Shown here: one piece after another, positions 9,890-18,755 of the stretch
How positions within the stretch are numbered: position 1 is the stretch's first letter
Layout of the letters: every line of letters begins with the position of its first letter
Made by a program: the position numbers and the translations under genes
Origin: Candidatus Zambryskiibacteriota bacterium
GTDB lineage: Bacteria; Patescibacteriota; Minisyncoccia; Phycocordibacterales; WO2-35-19
Assembly: GCA_963840745.1 (NCBI GenBank)
Contig: CAWJAC010000006.1
Location: forward strand, 97,947-161,946
DNA: 64,000 nt
Direction of reading: 5' to 3'
The notes under the pieces: model-generated
The model's input: the letters and a program-made list of their open reading frames with translations, nothing else
The model's database searches: none
What the model was told of the DNA's origin: nothing

Positions 9890-10967
9890 ATGCAAAACAT
9901 TGCTTTAATAATATTGGCAGTAGGGCTGATTTTGGCTATTTTTGCTTTGCTCAGAAAAAAAGAAGAGCCCAAAAATAACGATACTGGTCTTAAACTCATC
10001 CTCCAGCAAATAAACGAACTCAATCGCACCGTGGATGCTAAAATCGGCGAAAATGCTCGCCAGACTAACGAAACAATAAAAACCCAGCTCGGCGAGTCCG
10101 CTTCGCTTATTCGCGAAGTGACAAAAGGTTTGACCAAATTGGACGAGACAAACCGCCAGGTGGTTTCTTTTGCCGACCAGTTGCAAAATCTGCAGGACAT
10201 TTTGAAAAATCCTAAACAGCGGGGAATTTTGGGCGAGTATTATTTGGAGACATTGCTCAAAAATGTTTTGCCGCCGGGGCAGTATCAGATGCAATATGCT
10301 TTCCCAAACGGCGAAATTGTGGACGCGGTGGTTTTCGTCAAAGACAAAATCATTCCGATTGATTCCAAATTTTCGCTGGAAAACTACAATCGTTTGACCG
10401 AAGCCAAAGACCCGGCGGAAAAAGAACGATTGGAAAAAGCTTTTTGTCAACGATTTGAAAGATGCGCATCACAGAAACGTCAAAATACATTCGGCCAGCC
10501 GAAAGGCACAATGGATTTCGCTTTCATGTTCATTCCGCACGAAGCGATTTATTATGATTTGCTCATAAATAAAATCGGGCGGAGTGACCGAGGATACCGA
10601 AAATCTGATCCAGCGCGCCGCCGGCAAGTATAAAGTCATCATCGTCTCGCCGACTTCTTTTTTGGCTTATCTGCAGACCGTTTTCCAGGGGCTGAAAGCC
10701 ATGCAGATAGAAGAAACGGCCAAAGATATCATCAAGCGCGTCGGTGAGCTCGGCGATCATTTGAAAAAATACGAAACATATCACAGCAAACTGGGGGCAT
10801 CTCTGGAAACGGTGGTCAATCATTTCAACGCTTCAAGCAAGGAGTTTAAAAAGGTGGATAAGGATGTAATGAGGATAACAGGTACGTCAGTTGAAATAGA
10901 AACGCCGCTTATTGAAAAGCCGGAGACGGAGAGTAGAAAGAGGGAAATAAAATTGTTCCTGCGTTAG
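9890..10967 (+). pseudogene. rmuC: DNA recombination protein RmuC, interrupted by about 4 frameshifts
   Basis: RmuC-like sequence is spread over three frames. Shifts occur at T5 10441-10445, the A-run 10458-10460, gaaagg about 10500 and the A-run 10571-10574. The conserved MDFAFMFIPHEAIYYDLL and KYKVIIVSPTSF blocks are present. Confidence 0.75.
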
Positions 10968-11006
10968 GTCGTAAGGATAAGGCTCTTGGAACAACATTAT
11001 TTCCCT
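10941..11006 (+). repeat. Conserved-loop hairpin, copy A (3' end of rmuC)
   Basis: 19-nt arms agggaaataaaattgttcc / ggaacaacattatttccct (17 of 19 paired). Loop tgcgttaggtcgtaaggataaggctctt. The rmuC stop TAG lies in the loop. Confidence 0.8.
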
Positions 11007-11050
11007 GTTTTCTTGCAGAAAATACAAAAATCCTGTAAAGTGGTATGACT

Positions 11051-11508
11051 ATGGCAGAAATAAGAGAAATCAAAACAACTCCACAGAGGCTGGGCCAAAG
11101 ACCCCTAAAACCAAGGGTACTTCAAAAACCACGAAGCTTAAGGCTGCTAAGAAAGCTCCTAGCGGCGGAGCTTTTGCCATAATTGAGACAGGTGGCAAGC
11201 AATACAGAGTGACTGTGGGGGATCTTATTAAAATTGAGAAAATGAAAGCCGACTCCGCCAAAGGCTCCGTCGAGCCGAAGAAAGGGGATTCGGTAATTTT
11301 TGATAAAGTTCTCTTGATTGACAATGGCATTGGTTCCACTGATATCGGCACGCCGTACATTGAAGGAGCCAAGGTTTCAGGTACTCTGGTTGAGATTGGC
11401 CGCAACGCCAAAGTTATGGTCATCAAATACAAACAAAAAAGCCGTTACTTCAAGCGCAACGGCCATCGTCAGCCATATTTCAAAGTTAAGATTGATAAGA
11501 TTGGATAA
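11051..11508 (+). CDS. rplU: Ribosomal protein L21 with a Lys-rich N-terminal extension; start uncertain
   Basis: AFAIIETGGKQYRV...KRNGHRQPYFKVKI. The ATG at 11051 is in a different frame from the conserved core, so there is either a frameshift or an unidentified start. Confidence 0.8.
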
Positions 11509-11540
11509 CAAAAAACCGAAATCAATCGGTTTTTTGTTAT
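11505..11540. terminator. Bidirectional intrinsic terminator
   Basis: ataacaaaaaaccga / tcggttttttgttat, a perfect 15-bp stem between convergent rplU and the VKOR gene. Confidence 0.7.
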
Positions 11541-12112
11541 CCAAAAAAGAAATCCCTAAAGTGAAAAAAGATTAAAAAAATAATTAAGAGATACCAAATG
11601 ATCAGAACTTGTATGTGGTTGCGGGAAACAAAATGAAAAAATGAGTCAAATTTTTTGGAAAAATGCCCTTCCCTAAAATTCCAAACGGTAGTGTAAAGGA
11701 AAAGAGGCCACGTGACTGCCCAAGTGATCATGCAATAAAGACAAAGAGAGCCGATGCGGTAAACGCTTTCAAAGAAGAACCACATGACGAAAACCATTGC
11801 TGCCAAAGTACCCAAATTAACCAGTAGCCAAAGCGGTTTTTTGGCTCGGCCTCCGGAAAATAGCATCACTCCGATAGCGAATAGCATCGCAAAAGCGGTA
11901 ATGCCCAAAAGGGAATTAGGGAAGCCGAAAATTTGGCTTTGCCAAGTAGAGGCAACTGAGGTGCAGCTTATGAAAGGGTTAATGTTGCAGGGCAGATTTA
12001 CGTTAGGATTTTTTATGAATTCTATGGTGTCTACCGTTAGCACGAAAGAAGCCAAGAGGCCTATAATACTGCCAATCATCAAAATATAGTGGTAAGTTTT
12101 TTGTATACTCAT
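11537..12112 (-). CDS. Vitamin K epoxide reductase (VKOR) family membrane protein
   Basis: Multi-TM protein with a loop Cys pair (CNINPFISC) and a CxxC (CLYC) in a TM helix. Confidence 0.8.
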   Translation of the reverse strand: MSIQKTYHYILMIGSIIGLLASFVLTVDTIEFIKNPNVNLPCNINPFISCTSVASTWQSQIFGFPNSLLGITAFAMLFAIGVMLFSGGRAKKPLWLLVNLGTLAAMVFVMWFFFESVYRIGSLCLYCMITWAVTWPLFLYTTVWNFREGHFSKKFDSFFHFVSRNHIQVLIIWYLLIIFLIFFHFRDFFFG

Positions 12113-12726
12113 GAACGATTTCTCAGAGCGTTTTTCATCGTCTCGGGATCAGTATACTCCAGTTCACTGCCCATAGAAAGACCTTTTCCCAAGTGAGAAA
12201 TTTTTATCTTATTTTTTTCTATTGTTGGTTTTAAAAATTTTTCTACATAATCTGCCGTATTTTCTCCTTCCGGATTCCAGTTGACGCCCAAAATTATTTC
12301 TTTGAGTCCCTCTTTTATTTTTTTATCAATAAAAGTTTTGAGTTCTTTTATCCTTATCCTTTTTCCCGGCTCTTTTTCAAGAATAGGAACTGATCCGCCG
12401 AGCACAAAATAAATGCCGTTAAATGTTCCGTTTTTTTCAACCGACTCCAAGTCGATGTCTCTTTGGACAAGCATCAAAGTAGTATTATCTCTAGTTTGGT
12501 CAGAGCATATTTTACAGAGAGCTGCTTTATTATTTTTACTTTCAAAAAATCTCATGCAATCTCGGCAGATAATAACGTCGTTTTTCAAATCTTTTATATT
12601 TAGAGAAAGTTCTCCCAGGGTGTCATTATTTCTTGTCAGCAAATAGTAAACGAACCTCCTGGCCTGCCTCGGTCCGATGCCCGGAAACTGCGAAAATATT
12701 TGGATTAATTTTTCAATGCTATTCAT
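12109..12726 (-). CDS. recR: Recombination protein RecR
   Basis: FPGIGPRQARRFVYYLL helix-hairpin-helix, a C4 zinc finger and a Toprim region. Confidence 0.9.
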   Translation of the reverse strand: MNSIEKLIQIFSQFPGIGPRQARRFVYYLLTRNNDTLGELSLNIKDLKNDVIICRDCMRFFESKNNKAALCKICSDQTRDNTTLMLVQRDIDLESVEKNGTFNGIYFVLGGSVPILEKEPGKRIRIKELKTFIDKKIKEGLKEIILGVNWNPEGENTADYVEKFLKPTIEKNKIKISHLGKGLSMGSELEYTDPETMKNALRNRS

Positions 12727-12736
12727 TTTTTGTTTT

Positions 12737-12769
12737 CCCTCCCCTGATCAAGGGGAGGGAAGGGTGGGG
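12737..12769 (+). repeat. G/C-rich hairpin repeat, copy 1
   Basis: ccctcccct-gatca-aggggaggg followed by aagggtgggg. Related copies at 17239-17274 (minus strand) and 45299-45329. Confidence 0.7.
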
Positions 12770-12770
12770 T

Positions 12771-14149
12771 TTAAAACTCTCTAAACTCACTTTCGGCGCC
12801 GGTGAACTGGGCTTTTTCGAGCGGCTGGAATGTGACTCTCTTTTCATTAAAAAAGAGCTCGACTTTGCCAGTAGCGCCATTGCGATGTTTTTCAATCAAA
12901 ATTTCGGCTATATTTGTTTTCTCGGACTCCTCGGTATTTTTGGATTTATCTTCGCGGTGTATAAACATAACCAGGTCAGCGTCTTGCTCGATGGAACCGG
13001 AATCGCGGAGGTCAGAGAGTTTGGGTTTGCCGCCACGCTGTTCGACGGCGCGGGAAAGTTGTGAGAGGGCCAGCACCGGCACCTCCAATTCTCTTGCGAG
13101 ATTTTTTAAGGAGCGGGAAATTTCAGTCACTTGGTTGACCATTGAATCATAATTTTTGGTTGTCATCATGAGTTGTAAGTAATCTACCACAATGAGTCCC
13201 AAACCTTTTTCATTTTTGAGGCGTCTGGCGACTGAACGCATTTTCAAAATATTATTGCCCGGCTGATCATCTATGAAAATGGGCGCCTTTGAAAGAGTGT
13301 CCAAAGATTGCCTAATTGCGGCAAAATCATCTTCCCTGATGCCTTTGCCTGTACGCATTTTCCATGCATCAACGTTTGATTGGGCCGCCAGCATACGGTC
13401 TACCAATTGTTGGGAGCTCATTTCAAGCGAAAATATACCAACCGGAGTATTGTGATAAATGGCTGTTTGGCGGGCAATATCTAGGGCAAGAGCTGTCTTT
13501 CCGACCGAGGGTCTGGCCGCCAAAATTATGAGATCTGATTTTTGCAATCCGGAAAGTTTCTCATCCAATTCTTTGAAGCCGGTCGGCACACCTCGCAATC
13601 CGTCTCCGGAATTATGCAATCTATCGAGACGTTCCCATGCTTCGGCCAGTTCGTCTTTCATTTCCACGAACTTGTGAATGCTGGAAATGTTTGTGACATC
13701 GTAAATTTTCTTTTGAGCTTGATCCAAAAGCTCTTCTAGTTCTGCCGCTTCGTCATAACCGAGGAGGAAATATAATCAGCGGCGCCAATCAAATTTCTGG
13801 CTATGTGTTTTTTTTGAATTATCTGGGCGTAGTAAGTGGCATTGGCGGCTGAAGGCACGCAATTGACCAACTCGCCCAAATAACTGTTGCCTCCTATTTC
13901 ATCCAAAATATTTTTTTCTTTTAATCTGGCAGAGACAGTGAGCAAATCTGTCGGATTGCGCTTTGAAAAAAGTTCAAGCATTGTCTCAAATATCAGGCGA
14001 TGCTTTTCTGAATAAAAAGAAGTCGGATTAGCCAAGTCTGTAATTTCAAACATCACTTCTGGGCGGAGCATCACTGAACCAAGCAGAGCTTTCTCAGCCT
14101 CGGTATTATTCGGTGGAATTCTTATGTGAGTTTTTTTCTGAATGTCCAT
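12771..14149 (-). CDS. dnaB: Replicative DNA helicase DnaB (one apparent frameshift near 13758-13772)
   Basis: N-terminal domain ORF 13736-14149 and RecA-like ORF 12771-13727 (ARPSVGKTALAL Walker A) abut. A 1-nt shift restores ...ADYISSLGYDEAAELEELLDQAQKK... Confidence 0.9.
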
Positions 14150-14205
14150 GCTTCTATCATAACTAAAATTAAATTTGCCACAAACTTACAGAGTTCGTAT
14201 AAGTT

Positions 14206-15114
14206 GTGTATAATATGTTTATGGCCACAGTTTACACATATCAAAGCTCAAATGTTGCTAAAACCTACCTATTAATGGGCTTGTTTTTGGTGATTGTCGC
14301 CGGACTCGGTTATTTCATTTCTTTTTATTATAACAATCCGGCCATATTTTATATTGCCATTATTTTCAGCGTGATCATGAACATTGCCAGCTTTTGGTGG
14401 TCTGACAAAATAGTGCTTTCTATTTCAAAAGCCCGTCCGGCCAGCCGCCAGGAATTTTTTGATTTTTATACGGTGACTGAAAATCTTTCCATCGCTGCTG
14501 GACTGCCGATGCCGAAGCTTTACGTCATTGACGATCCGGCGCCAAACGCTTTTGCCACAGGCAGAGACAAAAATCACGCTGTGGTTTGTGCCACCTCCGG
14601 ACTCCTCCAGAAGCTTGACCGGCCGGAGCTTGAGGGTGTGGTCGCTCACGAACTTTCCCACATCGGCAATCGTGATATTTTGCTTATGAGCGTGGTGGTA
14701 GTATTGGTTGGCTTCGTTTCAATTTTGTCTAACATATTCCTCCGGAGCATGTGGTTTGGCGGCGGCAGGAGTAGAGATAATGATGGGGAAGGCGGCGGCA
14801 TCTTGGCGATTATCGGCATTGTTCTTATCGTCCTTTCGCCTATTGTCGCCACTTTAATAAAGCTTGCTATTTCCCGCCGGCGCGAATTTTTGGCTGACGC
14901 TTCTGGAGTACTCTTGACTCGCTATCCGGAAGGATTGGCTAAGGCACTAGAGAAAATTTCCACCTATAATATGCCCATGAAGGCGGCCAACACCGCCACT
15001 GCCCATCTTTTTATTTCAAATCCATTCGGAAACAAAGGCACGGCAATATCAAATCTTTTCCAGACTCATCCACCCATTGCCGAACGTATAAAAATTTTGA
15101 GGAGTATGGAATAG
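14206..15114 (+). CDS. htpX: Zinc metalloprotease HtpX (M48)
   Basis: HELSHI zinc motif and four TM segments. The start is probably the ATG at 14215 or 14221. Confidence 0.9.
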   Translation: MYNMFMATVYTYQSSNVAKTYLLMGLFLVIVAGLGYFISFYYNNPAIFYIAIIFSVIMNIASFWWSDKIVLSISKARPASRQEFFDFYTVTENLSIAAGLPMPKLYVIDDPAPNAFATGRDKNHAVVCATSGLLQKLDRPELEGVVAHELSHIGNRDILLMSVVVVLVGFVSILSNIFLRSMWFGGGRSRDNDGEGGGILAIIGIVLIVLSPIVATLIKLAISRRREFLADASGVLLTRYPEGLAKALEKISTYNMPMKAANTATAHLFISNPFGNKGTAISNLFQTHPPIAERIKILRSME

Positions 15115-15192
15115 CTATTTTAGGTATAAAAGTTATAAACAGTTTTTTAAAGTTTTATTTTTTTGAGCATATACTTCTGATAGAGGTGTTCT

Positions 15193-15423
15193 ATGGAAAT
15201 TCACTTGCCAATCCCGCTTCCGCCAGGTTGTAATATCAAAGGGCAGGTTCTCATTGCCGAGTATGGCGATGGATCTGTTCACGAGAGTTTTTTGTACATT
15301 GATGGGGCCGATCCGGAACTACATTTTATCGGATCGACCGAAAGAATTAACAACCCGCAGGGCTTGCCAGAAACCAGAGTCAGGTTTGTTGAGGGGTTGC
15401 CCAGCAATTACTATCTTGGTTGA
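15193..15423 (+). CDS. Hypothetical small protein (76 aa)
   Basis: ORF with AGAGGTG upstream and a hairpin terminator downstream. GC-richer than the flanks. No recognisable motif. Confidence 0.45.
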   Translation: MEIHLPIPLPPGCNIKGQVLIAEYGDGSVHESFLYIDGADPELHFIGSTERINNPQGLPETRVRFVEGLPSNYYLG

Positions 15424-15425
15424 TA

Positions 15426-15462
15426 CCCTGCCATAACGAGTTTATGGCAGGGTGTGTTTTTT
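15426..15462 (+). terminator. Intrinsic terminator
   Basis: ccctgccataa / ttatggcaggg stem followed by a T-run. Confidence 0.7.
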
Positions 15463-15504
15463 ATTAAAATATTATTCTAAAATATGTTAAATTGTATATT
15501 GTCT

Positions 15505-15589
15505 GGAGGGTTCGCATAGCGGTCTAGTGCGCACGCTTGGAAAGCGTGTATGCCGAAAGGCATCAAGGGTTCAAATCCCTTACCCTCCG
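15505..15589 (+). tRNA. tRNA-Ser (anticodon GGA)
   Basis: Acceptor GGAGGGT/ACCCTCC, anticodon loop TTGGAAA, long variable arm atgcc-gaaa-ggcat, T arm AAGGG-TTCAAAT-CCCTT. Confidence 0.9.
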
Positions 15590-15667
15590 CATTGACAATT
15601 TAGTATTAACGTGTTCTTCTTACTTAAGAGTAATCTGCGATTCGAATATAACCGCAATTTTTTAATT

Positions 15668-15695
15668 TTGCATTATGTAAGGTTAGGAGTATAGT
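15668..15695 (+). promoter_or_regulatory. Sigma70-like promoter candidate
   Basis: TTGCAT, 16-nt spacer, TATAGT, just upstream of the AGGAG RBS and the ATG at 15714. Confidence 0.4.
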
Positions 15696-15713
15696 ATTAA
15701 AGGAGACATTAGT

Positions 15714-15959
15714 ATGAAGGGCGAGAAAAAGAATCCTGAGAAATCTGGATTTGGGACGGGTTTTAATCCGTTCGCGATGCGAACTGAACCGCAAAAACTG
15801 GTCTCGGAAAATTTGAAGACCGGTCATACCTGTCGTGTTATCGGCGGGGTCAAGATAGGTGGAATGTCGGTAGGAAGTCGATCATTTTATCCATTTCCAC
15901 AAGACAATCCTTTATCGTGGGAAGGTTGCCTTTCGGACTATGTTCGCCCCAAGCATTAA
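15714..15959 (+). CDS. Hypothetical small protein (81 aa)
   Basis: Good RBS (AAGGAG 8 nt upstream) and a GC-rich terminator hairpin downstream. No recognisable motif. Confidence 0.5.
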   Translation: MKGEKKNPEKSGFGTGFNPFAMRTEPQKLVSENLKTGHTCRVIGGVKIGGMSVGSRSFYPFPQDNPLSWEGCLSDYVRPKH

Positions 15960-15979
15960 TAAGGGACGGATTCAAATAA

Positions 15980-16005
15980 GGCCTGCGTGTTACGACGCGC
16001 GGGCC
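15980..16005. terminator. GC-rich hairpin between convergent genes
   Basis: ggcctgcgtg / gacgcgcgggcc stem of about 10 bp (two G-U pairs), followed by ctctttt. Confidence 0.5.
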
Positions 16006-16014
16006 ACTCTTTTA

Positions 16015-16860
16015 TTATTTGAGCGCCAAGAAGGCGTTTACGTAGTGAACGGCGATGCCTCCAAAATTTGGATATGATCCGAAGACACTGCTGATACTGC
16101 CCACTTCTTTGCCAAGATATTTTTTTGAAGTATTGTAAAAAGTTATATATGACGGAGAGGCCTTGCCGGTTTCTTGGGCTATAATTATTTTGGTGTCGTA
16201 CGATCCGCTTTTAGCGGTATCCATTTCATTTTTTGAAATTTCTATGGATCCGTCATAGCCGTCGGCAAAACTCCTATATGACATAATGATAATGGAATTA
16301 TCCGACTTCTTGTTTAAAATATTTAACAAATGTTTAAATACATATTCTTTATCTCCATTATATGAAAATTTCGGAGTCATGCCGTCTTTTTCGTCATAAA
16401 AATCAGGCACTACTACGGAAAGTTTGAGAGTGCTGGTAGCCATAAAATTTTGAGTCTGATCTATCAGACTGACAAAATTTTTCAAAACAGAAGCTTCATT
16501 CCCAACATATGAATCTAAGAGATACGGTTCTATGTCATATTGAAAGCCGCGGAATTTGTCTTTCTGTGTGTCGTTAAAATTTTTGACGTAGCTGACAACA
16601 GCGAATGCTTTGTAAATATTGTCGCCTTCCGCCCAATTGCGCCAGCCGGCCTCGGCATCTACCGCTATTCCAAAGCTTTTAGCCTCACTTATAAAATATT
16701 CCAATTTATCCGAGTAAGCTTTTTTTTGTTTTTCCCTTTCCGAACCTTTTGGCATTACAAATACATCCAGATAAGTATCAATAGAAACATACATAGTGTT
16801 TACCCCATTTGCTTTGGCGTCAGAGATTATTGATTTTATATATTGAGGTGACATGCTCAT
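16015..16860 (-). CDS. Putative glycoside-hydrolase-like TIM-barrel protein (C-terminal part)
   Basis: 281-aa ORF with alternating beta/alpha character. The frame stays open upstream of the ATG (…KEYGSWVWTPV), suggesting it was once joined to 16948-17241. Confidence 0.4.
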   Translation of the reverse strand: MSMSPQYIKSIISDAKANGVNTMYVSIDTYLDVFVMPKGSEREKQKKAYSDKLEYFISEAKSFGIAVDAEAGWRNWAEGDNIYKAFAVVSYVKNFNDTQKDKFRGFQYDIEPYLLDSYVGNEASVLKNFVSLIDQTQNFMATSTLKLSVVVPDFYDEKDGMTPKFSYNGDKEYVFKHLLNILNKKSDNSIIIMSYRSFADGYDGSIEISKNEMDTAKSGSYDTKIIIAQETGKASPSYITFYNTSKKYLGKEVGSISSVFGSYPNFGGIAVHYVNAFLALK

Positions 16861-16947
16861 AACCGGTGTCCAAACCCAGCTGCCGTATTCTTTGGCACTT
16901 TCTTTTGCCGGGGAAGTTGTTAGTAGTTTGGATGGCTTTAATCACCG

Positions 16948-17241
16948 CTAGCTATCTTGAGCAGTCGAAGGGCTCGTTAAAAAAGAGGATTTTGCTGAGA
17001 TATTATCAAAGGCAATATTTTTAAATTCTGGATTGGTCACTACGGCATTTTGGGTTATGTGACTATCGGAATATTGAGAAATTTTCGTATCTACCAGATC
17101 GCGGTGGGGGATTGAGGTGGGACTTTTTACCCGAAAAGATATTAATGTAACAAAAACCAAAATCGACAATAAACTTAGCAAAACAATTTTTTTAGCATTC
17201 CTCTTTGGTTTTTTACTTTTCACACTGTAATTATACCTCAC
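16948..17241 (-). CDS. N-terminal membrane-anchor fragment, probably of the same gene as 16015-16860
   Basis: 97 aa with a basic N-terminus and one TM helix. Separated from the downstream ORF by stops in two frames, so about 2 frameshifts would be needed. Confidence 0.35.
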   Translation of the reverse strand: MRYNYSVKSKKPKRNAKKIVLLSLLSILVFVTLISFRVKSPTSIPHRDLVDTKISQYSDSHITQNAVVTNPEFKNIAFDNISAKSSFLTSPSTAQDS

Positions 17242-17274
17242 CCCTAACCCCTCTCCTAGATGCAGGAGAGGGGG
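17239..17274 (-). repeat. G/C-rich hairpin repeat, copy 2
   Basis: The minus strand reads ccccctctcct-gcatct-aggagagggg-ttaggggtg. Confidence 0.7.
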
Positions 17275-17314
17275 AAAGTGCTCAAATTTTGTTTTTCTGA
17301 TATATTTAAATTAT

Positions 17315-17387
17315 GCGCGGTTAGCTCAGTTGGTAGAGCGCGTCATTGACGTTGACGATGTCAGAGGTTCGAGCCCTCTACCGCGCA
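17315..17387 (+). tRNA. tRNA-Val (anticodon GAC)
   Basis: Acceptor GCGCGGT/ACCGCGC, D loop AGCTCAGTTGGTAGAGC, anticodon loop TTGACGT, T loop TTCGAGC. Confidence 0.9.
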
Positions 17388-17422
17388 CAAGATAAATTAA
17401 GCAACATTTTTATAAAAATACT

Positions 17423-17479
17423 ATACTAAACGCTCCTCCTTCGCTAAAGCTATGGCGGGACAAGTGAGCGTTTAATAAT
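17423..17479 (+). repeat. Palindromic repeat element, copy 2, with a 30-nt insertion at its dyad
   Basis: tatactaaacgctc + [ctccttcgctaaagctatggcgggacaagt] + gagcgtttaataat. The flanks match the two halves of the 60633-60659 element. Confidence 0.65.
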
Positions 17480-17738
17480 TTCAAAAGGACAATGTTACAA
17501 ATATGCGATTTTGTCCTTTTGTATTTGAACCGTTTATTAAAGTTGAAATGGCGGTCTAAAAGCCGTCTTTTATAGTTGGGGATAAACCCTTTGAATATTG
17601 AGATTAAGGCTAGTAATCTAAACTTAAGTGCTAAAATTTTGTGCTAAGGCGTAAACTAACAATGTTGACAGCCGGTCGAAGATGGCGCGAGATTGAAGTC
17701 TGTTCTTTAATTATAAAAAAATAAAAATTAAATAAATT

Positions 17739-18700
17739 ATGAAGAAAATTATATTAAGTTTGGCGGTTATTGCCGTTGTGGCGACAGTCGCCGTCGGCGC
17801 CACGAGAGCTTTTTTTAGCAGCACAGTAACTTCAGTTGGAAACACTATTTCTGCCGGCACAATTGATATTTCGGTAGATGGTGGTAATTGGGCCAATCAT
17901 TATGCAACAGATCTAGCCGATATGAAGCCGGGTATGACCAGAAACATTACTTTTACTGTTCACAATACTGGTACAAATCCTCTCGTACTTAGAAAGCAAC
18001 TCGGGAATTTTGTTTTTGGTAGTACATTAGGAAGCGATGCTGCTACTCTTTGTGCTAATCACCTTGTTTCTGGGACGGTCAGACATGTCGAGCAAATGAT
18101 ACTCTGGGCACATATTTGCCTAGCGTAATGACTTACGATATGACTGTTAGTTCATCAACTGGTCCAATTGTAATGATTCCAGAATCTTGGAATGTTAAAA
18201 TGAGTGATGTTAAAGATCTTTGGATTCCGTTGGGTATTGTTCAACCTGGTGCCACACTTACTGTCACACAAAGCTATCATTTTGACGAAGCAACAACCAA
18301 CTGGGCTCAGGGCGATACTTTGGCGTTTAATATAAGCTTGTATGCTGAACAGGTTGGCGGTCCTGGTCCTAACACAACCACTGGCGTAGTTTTGGACAAC
18401 AAGGATACTAATTCTTGGGCTTCATTAGTTGATGGAACACTAGGTATTTTGAGATGGGATGGTTCTAACTACACCATGAAAGCATTTGGTTTGGATAACA
18501 GCTTGACCTACCACGTAGCATACTGGAATGGTTCAACTGAAACTGCCATTGATGCTGTCACAGGAACACCCTCTAGTGGCAATCTGACTCTAACAGGAAC
18601 TTACTCTGGATTTGGTAATACTGGTGCCAAATATTGGTTGAGACCAAATACTTTTGACAATGTCAAAACTCTTTGGGAAGGAAATATTGCCAATCAGTAA
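17739..18700 (+). CDS. TasA/camelysin-like secreted protein with a SipW-type signal peptide (one apparent frameshift near 18059-18075)
   Basis: N-terminus GATRAFFSSTVTSVGNTISAGTIDISV, PGMTRNITFTVHNTG, and C-terminal WAQGDTLAFNISLYAEQ. ORFs 17739-18128 and 18116-18700 join after a 1-nt shift. Confidence 0.75.
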
Positions 18701-18755
18701 TTCTTGAATCCTTTGACCAAACCTCTCTTTGGGGGGTTTGGGATTAAGGATTTAT

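Noticed and set aside
12771-14149. Split essential genes (dnaB, gyrB, nrdD, ftsZ and others) as possible intein, intron or mobile-element insertions, or programmed frameshifting.
   Set aside because: The fragments abut or overlap with no intervening extra sequence. The missing residues are readable across a 1-nt shift, and there is no slippery heptamer plus structure pattern common to the sites. Homopolymer indel error is the simpler explanation.
15971-16005. ataaggcctgcgtgtta resembles permuted fragments of the conserved hairpin loop (ataaggc / ctgcgtta).
   Set aside because: The matches are short (7-8 nt) and in the wrong order, and the hairpin architecture differs. Likely coincidence.
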